Origin: an uncultured delta proteobacterium
GTDB taxonomy: Bacteria; Desulfobacterota; Binatia; UBA9968
Direction: 5' to 3'
Length of the DNA stretch: 64,000 nt
Assembly (NCBI GenBank): GCA_963755715.1
Contig: CAVWLW010000024.1
Span: forward strand, 153,444-217,443
Shown: in pieces, positions 53,679 through 63,281 of the stretch
How the letters are laid out: each line of letters begins with the position of its first letter
Position numbering within the stretch: the stretch's first letter is position 1
Notes under the pieces: generated by a model
Seen by the model: only the letters and a program-made list of their open reading frames with translations
Told to the model about the DNA's origin: nothing
The model's database searches: none
Position numbers and translations under genes: made by a program

Positions 53679-55265
53679 GTGGCAGACGAACAGTGGGATG
53701 TCATATTCATCGGCGCCGGGCAAAACAGTTTTGCCCTCGGCACCTACCTCGGCAAGGCTGGGCTCAAGACGGTGATCTGTGAGAGCCGGCTGGAAAACGG
53801 CGGCCGGTTGGCGAGCGAAGAGATTACGCTGCCGGGTTACTGGCATAACACACTCGCATATTTTCAGGACAACCGTGAGCTGTCACCGGTCTGGAAAGAA
53901 TTGAATTGGGCTGAGGGCTATCACGCCGAATTCGTCTCACCACCGGTGATAACTTCCCTGCTCTTAGCCGACGGAAAATCCCTTTCGCACCATCAAGCGC
54001 TCAACGGGACAGTTGCCGGGCTCGAAAAGTTTTCGCGCAAAGACGCGGACATGTGGCGCGCGACCCACGGTCGGTTTCACCAGCTCATCCTTGACTATTT
54101 GATACCGTATTATCACTCCCGACCGCAGAATACGGGAGCGGTTCTGAGTAAACTTGAAGCCGAGCCAGCGGGAAAAGATTTTAGACGGCTTTGGCAGTTG
54201 ACGCCGCGCCAGGTGGTGGACGAGCTTTTTGAAAACGACGCGGTAAAAACTTTGATCTTAGCGCAAATGGCGATTCCGCGCGGCGTCGGCGTCGACTATC
54301 CCGGCGCTGGGATCGAAGTCTTAAAGATGATCGCAGGGGACGAACAACCCGAGTTTGCGCGCGGCGGTTCGCACTCGATTGCTCAGGTGCTGCAGCGCGC
54401 GTACGTGCATAGCGGCGGGCAGATTCGCGCGGTGCATCACGTCGAAAAGATTCTCGTTGATGACAATGGACGCGCCGTCGGTGTTCGCCTGCGCGATGGC
54501 CGCGAATGGCGGGCGCGCTTGGCGGTGGTGTCGAATTCGGATCCTTACTCGACTTTGATCGAAATGGTCGGCGAGGATTTTTTGCCGCGCACTTTTATCG
54601 AGCGCGTGAAAGACATCAAGCTCGACGAGTTTTCTTACTTTCAGGTTCATTTGGCGCTCAAAGCGCCGGTGCGCTACGCCGTCCACGAAGCGAACGAGCC
54701 CGCGGTCGGACAAGCGATGAACGTAACCATGGGGCCGGAAACTCCCGCCGATCTCGACGCCATGTGGCAGGAGATTCGCGCCGGCGAATTCCCCGAGCAT
54801 CTCTGTCTGCATGCGATTTGCCCGACGGCGTTCGATCCCTTGCAGGCGCCCAAGACCAAACATGCGGCTTCGGCCTATGTGCCGGTGCCGTTTCAGCTCA
54901 AAGACCAAAACCCCAAGGATTGGGTGAAACTCAAGAATTCTTTCATGGACGTGGTTTTGCGCGTTTGGCGGCGTTACGCGACCAATTTGACCGAGGACAA
55001 TATTGAGATGAAAGTGGCGATGGATCCGTTTTACCTATCCGGCCGTTGGCCCAACATGCGGCGCGGCTCGGTCTGGGTGGCGCGCAAAATCGCCACTCAG
55101 ATGGGCGAGCAACGCCCGATCGAGCAGATCGCCAACTACCGCACGCCGATTCAAGGGCTCTATCAAATCGGCGCGGCCATGCATCCCGCTGACGCTGTGA
55201 TTGCCGGGTCGGGCTATAACTGCTGGCAGGTTATGAAGGAAGATTTGAAACTTTCAGTTAAGTGA
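53679..55265 (+). CDS. Phytoene dehydrogenase-like FAD-dependent oxidoreductase
   Basis: IGAGQN, GG..SEE.TLPG, RGGS, DPLQAP, YRTPIQGLY..GA..HP. Confidence 0.85.
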   Translation: MADEQWDVIFIGAGQNSFALGTYLGKAGLKTVICESRLENGGRLASEEITLPGYWHNTLAYFQDNRELSPVWKELNWAEGYHAEFVSPPVITSLLLADGKSLSHHQALNGTVAGLEKFSRKDADMWRATHGRFHQLILDYLIPYYHSRPQNTGAVLSKLEAEPAGKDFRRLWQLTPRQVVDELFENDAVKTLILAQMAIPRGVGVDYPGAGIEVLKMIAGDEQPEFARGGSHSIAQVLQRAYVHSGGQIRAVHHVEKILVDDNGRAVGVRLRDGREWRARLAVVSNSDPYSTLIEMVGEDFLPRTFIERVKDIKLDEFSYFQVHLALKAPVRYAVHEANEPAVGQAMNVTMGPETPADLDAMWQEIRAGEFPEHLCLHAICPTAFDPLQAPKTKHAASAYVPVPFQLKDQNPKDWVKLKNSFMDVVLRVWRRYATNLTEDNIEMKVAMDPFYLSGRWPNMRRGSVWVARKIATQMGEQRPIEQIANYRTPIQGLYQIGAAMHPADAVIAGSGYNCWQVMKEDLKLSVK

Positions 55266-55272
55266 TGTCCGA

Positions 55273-55344
55273 CGTTGAACGGTTGAACCTTTGAACTGTT
55301 GAACGAACAGGTCGTTCAAGGTTCAACCGTTCAATAGTTCAACG
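55273..55344. repeat. Inverted arrays of 8-bp tandem repeats (TTGAAC x4 / GTTCAA x4)
   Basis: gttgaacg gttgaacc tttgaact gttgaacg ... gttcaag gttcaacc gttcaata gttcaacg. Confidence 0.85.
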
Positions 55345-55366
55345 CCGGACCGAAACAAAAAGACAC

Positions 55367-56988
55367 ATGGCCAAAATCTTAGAATACGACGGCGTCGTGA
55401 TCGGCGCGGGTCACAACGGCATGATCTGCGCGGCGTATCTGGCGAAGTGCGGCCAGAAGATCATGGTCGTCGAAAAGAACATGGAGGTAGGCGGCGGCCT
55501 GGATTCCCACGAGGACCGCAACTATCCCGGTTTCTGGCACAACATTCACTCGGTGTTTCACCGCGGCTTGATGATGCTGCCCTGGTACAAAGATCTGGAG
55601 CTGGAGAATTTTGGCATTCACTATTATCGCCCCGATCCCGGTGTGGTGCATCATTTTCTCGACAAAACTTATCTTGGCTGGTTCGCCGACGTAAACAAGA
55701 CGGTCGAAACCATCGAACGGTTTTCCAAGAAAGATGCGGCGTCGTTCATGGATATTTGGACGCGCTGGCAGCCGGTGGTGCAGAAAATCGTTTTTACCGA
55801 AACTTATGCGGTGCCTCTGCCGATGGAAGAGAAGCGGCCGTTGCTGGAGAAAATTCCCGAAGGGCGCGAGTATCTAAAATATTTCGACACCACGCCCGAG
55901 GAATTCGTTCTCCGCCACTTCGAGCATCCGCGCGTGCGCGCCTTCATCGGCTTTCTCGGGGTCATGCGCGGTTACGAGCTCGACGCGCCGCAGACCGGGT
56001 TACCTGATTCCGGCGATGATCGCGTGGGGCGTCAACCCGCAGCTCTGCCGCGGCACGTCGCACGCTCTCGGCGACAACCTCGCGCATATGATGTCGCACA
56101 ACGGCGTCGATTATATCGAGGCCAACGGTGTCGAGCGGATTCTCGTCGAGAAGGGCAAGCCACCGCGGTCGTGCTCGAGGACGGCACGGTGATCAAGGCG
56201 CGCAAGTTTATCGCCTCCAACGTCAATCCGGTCGAGACATTTATCAGGCTCGTCGGCAAGGAGAACCTGCAACCGAAGTTTGCCGAGCTGGCCGGCAATT
56301 TTCGTTTTTCGAAGACGACGCCGATCTTCGCGACCAATCTCGCTTTGAACGAGCGTCCCAAGTACATCACCGAGGAGAAATATCCCGAAGTCGCCGGTTC
56401 GTTCATGCACATCGTCGGCTTGGAAGAATATCAGGACCTGGTGAATTTGTTCGAAGATTGCCGCACCGGACAGCTGCCGCGCAAGCCTTTTATGAACGGC
56501 GCGACCCCTTCGTATCACGACCCCACGCAGGCGCCGCCGGGGAAGGCGACGGCGTTCATGTGGCAGCTCATGACTTATAATCTCTGGGGCAACCCGCTCA
56601 ACTGGGACAAGGCGCGTCACGAGTGGTTCCAGAAGCAGCTCGCGGTCTGGCAGAAATTTGCGCCGAATCTGGACGAGAACAATATTCTTTCCACCGATTC
56701 GACCACGCCGCTCGACATCGAGCGCCACGATAAGAACATGTACTGCGGCGACTGGATGGTCGGCGAGTATGCCGGCGATCAAGCGCTGGAGAACCGGCCG
56801 TTCCCCGGCTGGGGCAGTACCGCACGCCGATCGACGGATTGTTTATGTGCGGCTCGTCGTGTCATCCCGGCGGCAACATCACCGGCGCGCCCGGCTACAA
56901 CGCGGCGCGCGTCATCGCGGAATCGTTGGGCATGAAACCGTGGTGGCAGCCGGTGGATTTTCGTGAACATCTGAAAGGACTGGGATGA
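55367..56988 (+). CDS. Second phytoene dehydrogenase-like oxidoreductase (frameshifts)
   Basis: IGAGHNG, DPTQAPPGK, TPLDIE, YRTPIDGLFMCGSSCHPGG in alternate frame. Confidence 0.85.
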
Positions 56989-57043
56989 CGGGTGCGCAAC
57001 GCAACGCTTCGAGACTGTGCGCCAATGAGGAAATTTCCTGGAA

Positions 57044-57125
57044 TGTCATGCTGAGCGGAGCGAAGCATCTCGCATTTTGATGTGGTGACGAAGACGAGAT
57101 TCTTCGGCTTTGCCTCAGAATGACA
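57044..57125. repeat. REP-like element (TGTCATGCTGAG...CTCAGAATGACA)
   Basis: Terminal inverted arms plus inner cgaagcatctcg/cgagattcttcg. Confidence 0.8.
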
Positions 57126-57154
57126 ATTCGCTGCGGTCTCTTCCGGAGGTGGTT

Positions 57155-57897
57155 GTGAGACTAGACGGTCGTGTGGCCATTGTGACGGGCGGCGCCCGCC
57201 ATATCGGCGCGGCTTATTGCCGGAAGCTTGCCGAGGAAGGTGCGGCGGTAGTCATAGCCGACATTCTCGACGGCGAGCCGGTCGCCAACGAGATTCGCGC
57301 CGCGGGCGGTAAAGCGCTTGCGCTCAAAGTCGACGTATCGAAGGAAGAAGACACCAACCGGATGGCGACGGAAACTGTGAAAGCCTTCGGCCGCATCGAT
57401 ATCCTCATCAACAACGCGGCGATCTTCATCAACATCCAGCGCCATCCGTTCTACGAAATCAGCGCCGAAGAATGGGACAAAGTCTCGGCGGTCAACATCA
57501 AAGGGCCGTTTCTTTGCGCCAAGGCGGTTTTTCCGCAAATGAAAGAGCAGAAGAGCGGCAAGATCATCAACATTTCATCGTCCACCGCCTACTGGGGCAC
57601 GCCCAATTTTCTACACTACGTCGCCTCCAAAGCCGCGCTGATCGGCATGACCCGCTCGCTGGCGCGCGAAGTCGGCGACTACGGTATCTGCGTCAACGCG
57701 ATCGCGCCCGGCCTGGTCGAGCACGAAGGCCAAACCGCGCCCAAGGCGCTGACCGAGTTGCAGCTCAAAGCGCGCTCGATCAAGCGGCTTCAGACGCCGG
57801 AGGACTTGATGGGCACACTGGTGTTTCTCTGCTCGTCCGACAGCGATTTTATGACCGGACAGGCGATTGTGGTGGATGGGGGAACATCTTTCACTGA
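57155..57897 (+). CDS. Short-chain dehydrogenase/reductase (classical SDR)
   Basis: TGGARHIG, NNAA, NISS, YVASK, VNAIAPG, TGQ.IVVDGG; a G-run indel near 57880 hides the true stop at 57897. Confidence 0.92.
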
Positions 57898-57928
57898 GAT
57901 TTACACTGGCTTCGAGAGTTCAACTCAT

Positions 57929-58056
57929 GCCCTCACGCTCGCCCTCTCCCGCAGAGGCGGACGAGGGAACTGGCTTGGCTCGACGCGCGGGTTTCCCTTC
58001 GAGCGATGCGTTTCCGACTCCCTCGCCCATTCCGGTGGGAGAGGGGGGGTGAGGGC
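57929..58056. repeat. REP-like element (CCCTCAC..CCCTCTCCC / GGGAGAGGG..GTGAGGG)
   Basis: Long imperfect inverted repeat. Confidence 0.75.
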
Positions 58057-58113
58057 GCATTAGCGAGAACATTTTGATTGCACGCCGCCGGTCTCATTGG
58101 CTATATTTCGCCT

Positions 58114-58738
58114 ATGGCTGAACATGACCACGATCATGATGAGGAATCCCATCTCACCGAGATGGATCTTCGGGTGCGTGCGCTCGAAACCATTTTGGTC
58201 GATAAGGGATATATCGAAACCGCTGCGCTCGATCGTATCGTCGAGCTTTATGAAACCAAGATCGGCCCGCATATCGGCGCGCAGGTGATCGCCAAAGCGT
58301 GGTGCGATCCGGCGTTTCGCCAAGCGCTGCTCGAGGATGCGAGCAAGGCGGTCAACGAGTTCGCGCAAGTGGGACGGGTCGGCGAGCATCTGATCGCCGT
58401 CGAGAACACGCCGCAGGTGCACAACATGATCGTTTGCACGCTGTGCTCCTGTTATCCGACCGATGTGCTCGGCTTGCCGCCGACCTGGTACAAGTCGTTC
58501 GCCTACCGCTCGCGCGCCGTGAAGGAGCCGCGCGCGGTGCTGGCGGATTTCGGCGTCGACGCTGCCGGTCGAGACGGAGATCCGGGTTTGGGATTCGACG
58601 GCCGAGACCCGATATTTGGTCGTGCCGATGCGTCCGGCCGGAACCGAGGGCTGGAGCGAAGAAGAGCTTGCCAAATTGATCACGCGCGACTGCATGATCG
58701 GCGCCGGCCTGGCGAAAAAGCCAAGCGAGGTGGCCTGA
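58114..58738 (+). CDS. nthA: Nitrile hydratase alpha subunit, cobalt-type (frameshift near 58558)
   Basis: VCTLCSCYP metal motif, LGLPP.WYKS.AYRSR; shifted frame gives [27 protein letters not shown] ending at TGA 58736-58738. Confidence 0.95.
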
Positions 58739-59397
58739 TGGACGGCGTGCACGATATGGGCGGCATGGACGGGTTTGGCAAGGTCGAGCCCGAGCCGAAC
58801 GAGCCGGTTTTTCATCATCGTTGGGAGGGGCGCGTGCTGGCGATGAGCCGCGCCATCGGCGTCTTCCGCGCCTGGACGATAGATAGCAGCCGTTATGCAA
58901 TTGAATTGATGGCGCCGTCGATCTATTTGACCCGCTCCTACTACGAGAAATGGTTTCTGCGCAATCAAAACCTGCTCATCGAGCGCGGCCTCATCGACGC
59001 CGACGAGGTCGCCGCCGGGCACGCCCTGCGGCCAGCGAAAAATTTATCTCGTGGTCCGTTTGCACTGGCCGATATTGAAAGGGTTACCAAACGCGGCTCG
59101 TTTTATCGGCCGGCCCAAGGACCGCGCAAGTTCAAAATCGGCGACCGCGTACGCACGAAGAACATTCACCCGAAGACGCACACACGCCTGCCGCGCTATG
59201 CGCGCGGCCACGTCGGCGTGGTCGAGCGTCTGCATGGCGCCCACACTTTTCCCGATTCGGTAGCGGCCGGCAAAGGCGACGATCCGCAGTGGCTTTACAC
59301 GGTGCGCTTCGACGCGCGAGAACTTTGGGGCGCGGACGCGGACCCGACATTGAAAGTTTCCATCGAAGCGTTTGAGCCCTATCTCGAACATGTCTGA
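58738..59397 (+). CDS. nthB: Nitrile hydratase beta subunit
   Basis: [50 protein letters not shown]; TGATG overlap with nthA. Confidence 0.95.
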   Translation: MDGVHDMGGMDGFGKVEPEPNEPVFHHRWEGRVLAMSRAIGVFRAWTIDSSRYAIELMAPSIYLTRSYYEKWFLRNQNLLIERGLIDADEVAAGHALRPAKNLSRGPFALADIERVTKRGSFYRPAQGPRKFKIGDRVRTKNIHPKTHTRLPRYARGHVGVVERLHGAHTFPDSVAAGKGDDPQWLYTVRFDARELWGADADPTLKVSIEAFEPYLEHV

Positions 59398-59785
59398 AAA
59401 GTTGATCCAACCCGAAGCTGCCCGCAAAGCCGCCGACGCTGTTCCGGGTATTCCGCGCGATGAGAGCGGTCCCGTCTTTCGCGCGCCCTGGGAAGCGCAC
59501 GCGTTTGCCATGGCGCTGGCGCTCTACGAAAAAGGTTTGTTCGCCTGGAGCGAGTGGTCCGCCATGCTCGGTGAGGAAATCAAGAAAGCCCAGGCCTCCG
59601 GCGATCCCGACACCGGAGAAACCTACTACCACCATTGGCTCGCGACGCTCGAACGCATGGTCGCTGAAAAAGGCGCGACCTCAACGCAGGCGCTCGCGGA
59701 GCATTACGAAGCCTGGGAGCGTGCCATGCATAGAACGCCGCACGGCAGACCCATTGAGTTAAGCGCGGAAGACTTTCGGAAGTGA
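59390..59785 (+). CDS. Nitrile hydratase accessory protein (P14K/NhlE-like)
   Basis: PVFRAPWEAHAFAMALAL..G.F.W.EW, YYHHWL.TLE, TPHG.PIEL. Confidence 0.92.
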   Translation: MSEKLIQPEAARKAADAVPGIPRDESGPVFRAPWEAHAFAMALALYEKGLFAWSEWSAMLGEEIKKAQASGDPDTGETYYHHWLATLERMVAEKGATSTQALAEHYEAWERAMHRTPHGRPIELSAEDFRK

Positions 59786-59879
59786 GTGGGCGCGAAATGG
59801 GGCCTGGCTTTGCAATCTTGCATCATCAAATCGGGTTATGCCTCGCCGACAAGACAGTGAACGAAAAAGGTTCGCGTCC

Positions 59880-60408
59880 CCTTTATTTCCCCTTGACGGC
59901 TCGAACCCCAAGACCCTGGACAACTGGAACCGGATCGGCGATGCCAATTGGCGGGCCGAGGACGGCGCGATCGTGGCCGACAAAGGCAAGGGCGGCCATT
60001 TGGTCTCGTAGAACTCCTACAAGGACTTCCAGATCCGGGCCGAGTTCTGGGCCGACCACACCACGAACAGCGGCATCTTTTTTCGCATCTCCGATCCAAA
60101 AACCATCGGCTCCAAGAGCGCGTACGAGGCGAATATCTACGATCAACGCCCAGACCCGGAGTACGGCACCGGGCTGTCCCCAATGTGGCCAAGGTATCTC
60201 CGATGCCCAAAGCAGGCGGCAATGGAACAACTATGAGATCACGGCCAAAGGCTCGCATCTGACGATCGTGTTCAATGGTTCCAAAACTGTCGATATCCAG
60301 CACGCCCAGTTTACGGAAGGTCCGATCTCGCTGCAGTTTGCCAATCGTGAAAAAGGAACTCCCGGCGGTGCAATCAAATGGCGCAAGGTGCAGATCAGGC
60401 CTCTGTAA
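59880..60408 (+). pseudogene. DUF1080 (3-keto-disaccharide hydrolase-like) remnant
   Basis: NWRAEDGAI..GHLVS*NSYKDF.IRAEF..NSGIFFR, WNNYEITAKG, GPISLQ..IKWRKVQIR; in-frame TAG at 60008, frameshifts, no signal peptide. Confidence 0.7.
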
Positions 60409-60469
60409 CTCGCGCCATCCACAGCGTGGCGACGACGACTGCCGGGTTTTGATTTAGCGGGGGGCTCGC

Positions 60470-61369
60470 ATGTTTCTCATCAGCACACGCAAACGCAATC
60501 CAGATGAAAGCTTCGGACATGAAAGAATGCTAAAGGGAAAGTATGCGGTGTACGAAGTTTCCAAGTCCTCCGACGGCAAAGAGGCTCAAGAGAAAACTCT
60601 AGAAGACATCCCCGTGGATAAGGACGTGCTGCTCCTCGTACACGGATTCAATAATGATTTCGATGAGGTGACAGCTGCCTATCTTGATTTTGATCGGAGA
60701 ATTCGGGCGGTTGGATTCAAAGGCAACGTCATCGGATTCACCTGGCCCAGCTACGGCGAGTGGTTCCAGTATTTCGGTGACGTAGAGCAGGTCGAGTACG
60801 CCGCGTTTGGTTTTCTAAATTTTCTTTTAGCTTTTCGCCCGTTGCTCGGCGAGAGAAAATTTCACGTCAACACCCACAGTATGGGTGCCTATCTCCTAAT
60901 TCGCGCCTTAGCCGCTTATTCACGTATAGATGCTATTGCAGAACCCCTGCCCGGTAGTTTTATTGTGGACGAGATGACTTTTTTTGCCGCGGATGTAAGC
61001 AATGACATTCTCGAAAGGGGAGAGGACGGAAATATAGCGGCGGGTGAAGCGAGTCGCTTGACGTCATATTTTTCCTATAACGATTCCATTCTGGGTATTT
61101 CGCAAGTCGTCAATCGCGATGGTCGTCTAGGATTAGCCGGAGCGGAACCACCAAGCCAGTTACCCAGGAATGCGTTTCAGATTGATTGCAGTACATTGAT
61201 TGAGTCTCATTCGGCTTACCGCGACACCCCTGACGTGATGCAGGATCTAGCTGAGGTGCTTCGTGGAAGCTCTTCAAATGAGATTGAAGACCGCCGACCC
61301 ACCGGGGACAAGAATACATTCGCGATTGGGCCGGAAGAAGAAGAGGAAGTCGATGAAGACGATGACTAA
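60470..61369 (+). CDS. DUF900 family alpha/beta hydrolase, AT-richer
   Basis: VLLLVHGFNN, FTWPS, THSMG, FAADV, D..L..S, RLG, HSAY. Confidence 0.85.
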   Translation: MFLISTRKRNPDESFGHERMLKGKYAVYEVSKSSDGKEAQEKTLEDIPVDKDVLLLVHGFNNDFDEVTAAYLDFDRRIRAVGFKGNVIGFTWPSYGEWFQYFGDVEQVEYAAFGFLNFLLAFRPLLGERKFHVNTHSMGAYLLIRALAAYSRIDAIAEPLPGSFIVDEMTFFAADVSNDILERGEDGNIAAGEASRLTSYFSYNDSILGISQVVNRDGRLGLAGAEPPSQLPRNAFQIDCSTLIESHSAYRDTPDVMQDLAEVLRGSSSNEIEDRRPTGDKNTFAIGPEEEEEVDEDDD

Positions 61370-61552
61370 GGCGCGTGCCTCGTTTTCCCCGCGACGCGAG
61401 GGAAGACACAGGCATGAGCTTGAACGAGCGGAGCGATTGAACGCTTCGATTAAGTCAGGGCAGGCTCTTTGAACCTTTTGAACCGGCTCCGATTTGGCGC
61501 CAAGGTGCGTGAACACTAATCAAAATCGTGGCTTGAGGCAAGAAGGGTCGTC

Positions 61553-61926
61553 GCGAAGCCGCCCGGCGCGCCGCGGAAGCGCTTCCCGGCATGCCGCACG
61601 ACGCCGACGGCCCGGTCTTCCGCGCGCCCTGGGAAGCGCATGCGTTTGCCATGGCGTTGGCGCTCTACGAAAAAGGATTGTTCGCCTGGAGCGAATGGTC
61701 CGCCATGCTTGGTGAGGAAATCAAGAAAGCCCAGGCCGCCGGCGATCCCGACACCGGAGAAACCTACTACCACCATTGGCTTGCGACACTCGAACGCATG
61801 GTCGCGGAAAAAGGCGTGGCGTCGGCGCAGTCGCTCACGCTGCATTACCGCGCCTGGGAGCGCGCGACGCACAGAACCCCTCATGGCAAACCCATTGAGT
61901 TAAGAGCGGAAGACTTTCATAAGTGA
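61553..61926 (+). CDS. Second, 5'-truncated copy of the nitrile hydratase accessory gene
   Basis: Colinear with 59413-59785, identical core peptide; lacks the N-terminal start of copy 1 (an ATG at 61591 is available). Confidence 0.85.
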
Positions 61927-61958
61927 TGGTCTGCGCTAACCGCGTCTTCTCGCAGAGA

Positions 61959-62058
61959 TCGATCAAGCGGCTACAGACGCCGGAAGATTTGATGGGCACG
62001 CTGGTGTTTCTCTGCTCCTCCGACAGCGACTTATGACCGGGCAGGCGATCGTGGTGGA
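61959..62058 (+). pseudogene. Displaced copy of the SDR 3' end (direct repeat of 57776-57876)
   Basis: Hand alignment over about 100 bp: 8 substitutions, all synonymous third positions, plus a 1-nt deletion. Confidence 0.9.
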
Positions 62059-62188
62059 GATCGGCGACATCGAATTACCGTAAAATCGACAGCAACGGCG
62101 CCGGAAGTACAAAAAACTTACCTGCAACTGAGTTTGCAAACACCCAGCAAATCTGCGAGCTTCAATAGCACATAAGGGAGAGATCGCA

Positions 62189-62602
62189 ATGAGCAAAGAA
62201 TCCGCCCAAACCGCCCTCGGCAAGTTCGCCGAAGCGGTCAACACCGGTAACTTCGACCTCTTCGACCAAGTCGTCGACATCAACTGCGTCGACCACGACC
62301 CCGCCGACGGACAGGTCCCCGGCCCCGCCGGGTATCGCATGTTCTTCTCCGGAATGCGCACCGCCTTGCCCGACATGAGCGTCATCCCCGAGACGATCGT
62401 ACAGGACGAGGACACCATCGCCTTAGCCTATACCCTCACCGGCACGCACACCGGTCGCCTCGGAAAAATCCCGCCCACTGGCAAGAAGGTCAAGATCCGC
62501 GGCATGCAGATCTCCAAATTCAAAGACGGCAAGATGGTCGAACGTTGGGGAAGCTCCGACGAGCTAACCCTCCTCAAGCAGATCGGCGTCATCCCCGCGT
62601 AA
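62189..62602 (+). CDS. SnoaL-like ester cyclase / NTF2-fold protein
   Basis: VDHDP..PGP.G, ALPD, GTHTG..GKIPPTGKKV, FKDGK.VERW. Confidence 0.88.
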   Translation: MSKESAQTALGKFAEAVNTGNFDLFDQVVDINCVDHDPADGQVPGPAGYRMFFSGMRTALPDMSVIPETIVQDEDTIALAYTLTGTHTGRLGKIPPTGKKVKIRGMQISKFKDGKMVERWGSSDELTLLKQIGVIPA

Positions 62603-62843
62603 CGTGCATCGACCCGAAACACATGGTGTTGAGGATTCGCACCATTGCAGCCCATCTGGAACCGAGAACGACGGTCTTGGGCGCTCCGGTTGAACGGCGT
62701 GTTATGCAGCATTTGCATGCACTTCTACCTGACTTTCCACTTTCGACTCGGAGCGGAAACTTACGTCTGATATTCAATCAGCAGGCATCTTTGATTCGAT
62801 GTCCTCTACGCCAGCTCAATGCTGGCATAGCTAATCTCCCCCA

Positions 62844-63281
62844 CTAGCGTACCGGCTCCGCGACGAAGACCGGGATGCGTCGTGTGATCCCTGCCTGGTA
62901 GTCTGCGAACGGCGGATAGGTCGCGACGGCGAGATCCCAGAGGCGTGCCCGCTCGGCCTCGTCCTGGACCTCGCGGACCCGCATCGCCTGCACCACGGTG
63001 TGATCGCGGATCTCGACGGCTGGGTTGATGCGCAGGTTGTACACCCAGACCGGATTCTTCGGGCGCCCGCCCGTCGACCCGACGAGGACATAGTTGGCAC
63101 CGTCCTTCACGCGCAACAGCGGGGTCTTGCGGATTGCGCCGGTCTTATTGCCGGTGTGGGTCACGATGATCACGGGCAGCCCGGTGTCGCGGAGCGTGGT
63201 GCCCTCGGTCCCGCCACTGCGCTCGTAGAGTTCAACCTGGTCGCGCACCCACTCTCTGGGGCTGGGAATGTACTCCGCCAT
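62844..63281 (-). CDS. Deazaflavin (F420)-dependent oxidoreductase, Ddn/nitroreductase family
   Basis: WVRDQVELYE.SGG, TG.KTG.IRKTPL, S.GG.PKNP.W.YNL..NP, YQ...R.IPVF. Confidence 0.88.
   Translation of the reverse strand: MAEYIPSPREWVRDQVELYERSGGTEGTTLRDTGLPVIIVTHTGNKTGAIRKTPLLRVKDGANYVLVGSTGGRPKNPVWVYNLRINPAVEIRDHTVVQAMRVREVQDEAERARLWDLAVATYPPFADYQAGITRRIPVFVAEPVR

Noticed and set aside
57880-58063. C-terminal extension of the SDR
   Set aside because: A G-run indel causes read-through into a REP element; the other frame ends GNIFH-stop at 57897.
58078-59397. Apparent alpha-beta fused nitrile hydratase (439-aa ORF)
   Set aside because: An extra base near 58558 shifts the frame. The canonical alpha C-terminus is in the other frame and ends at TGA overlapping the beta ATG (TGATG), so these are two normal genes.
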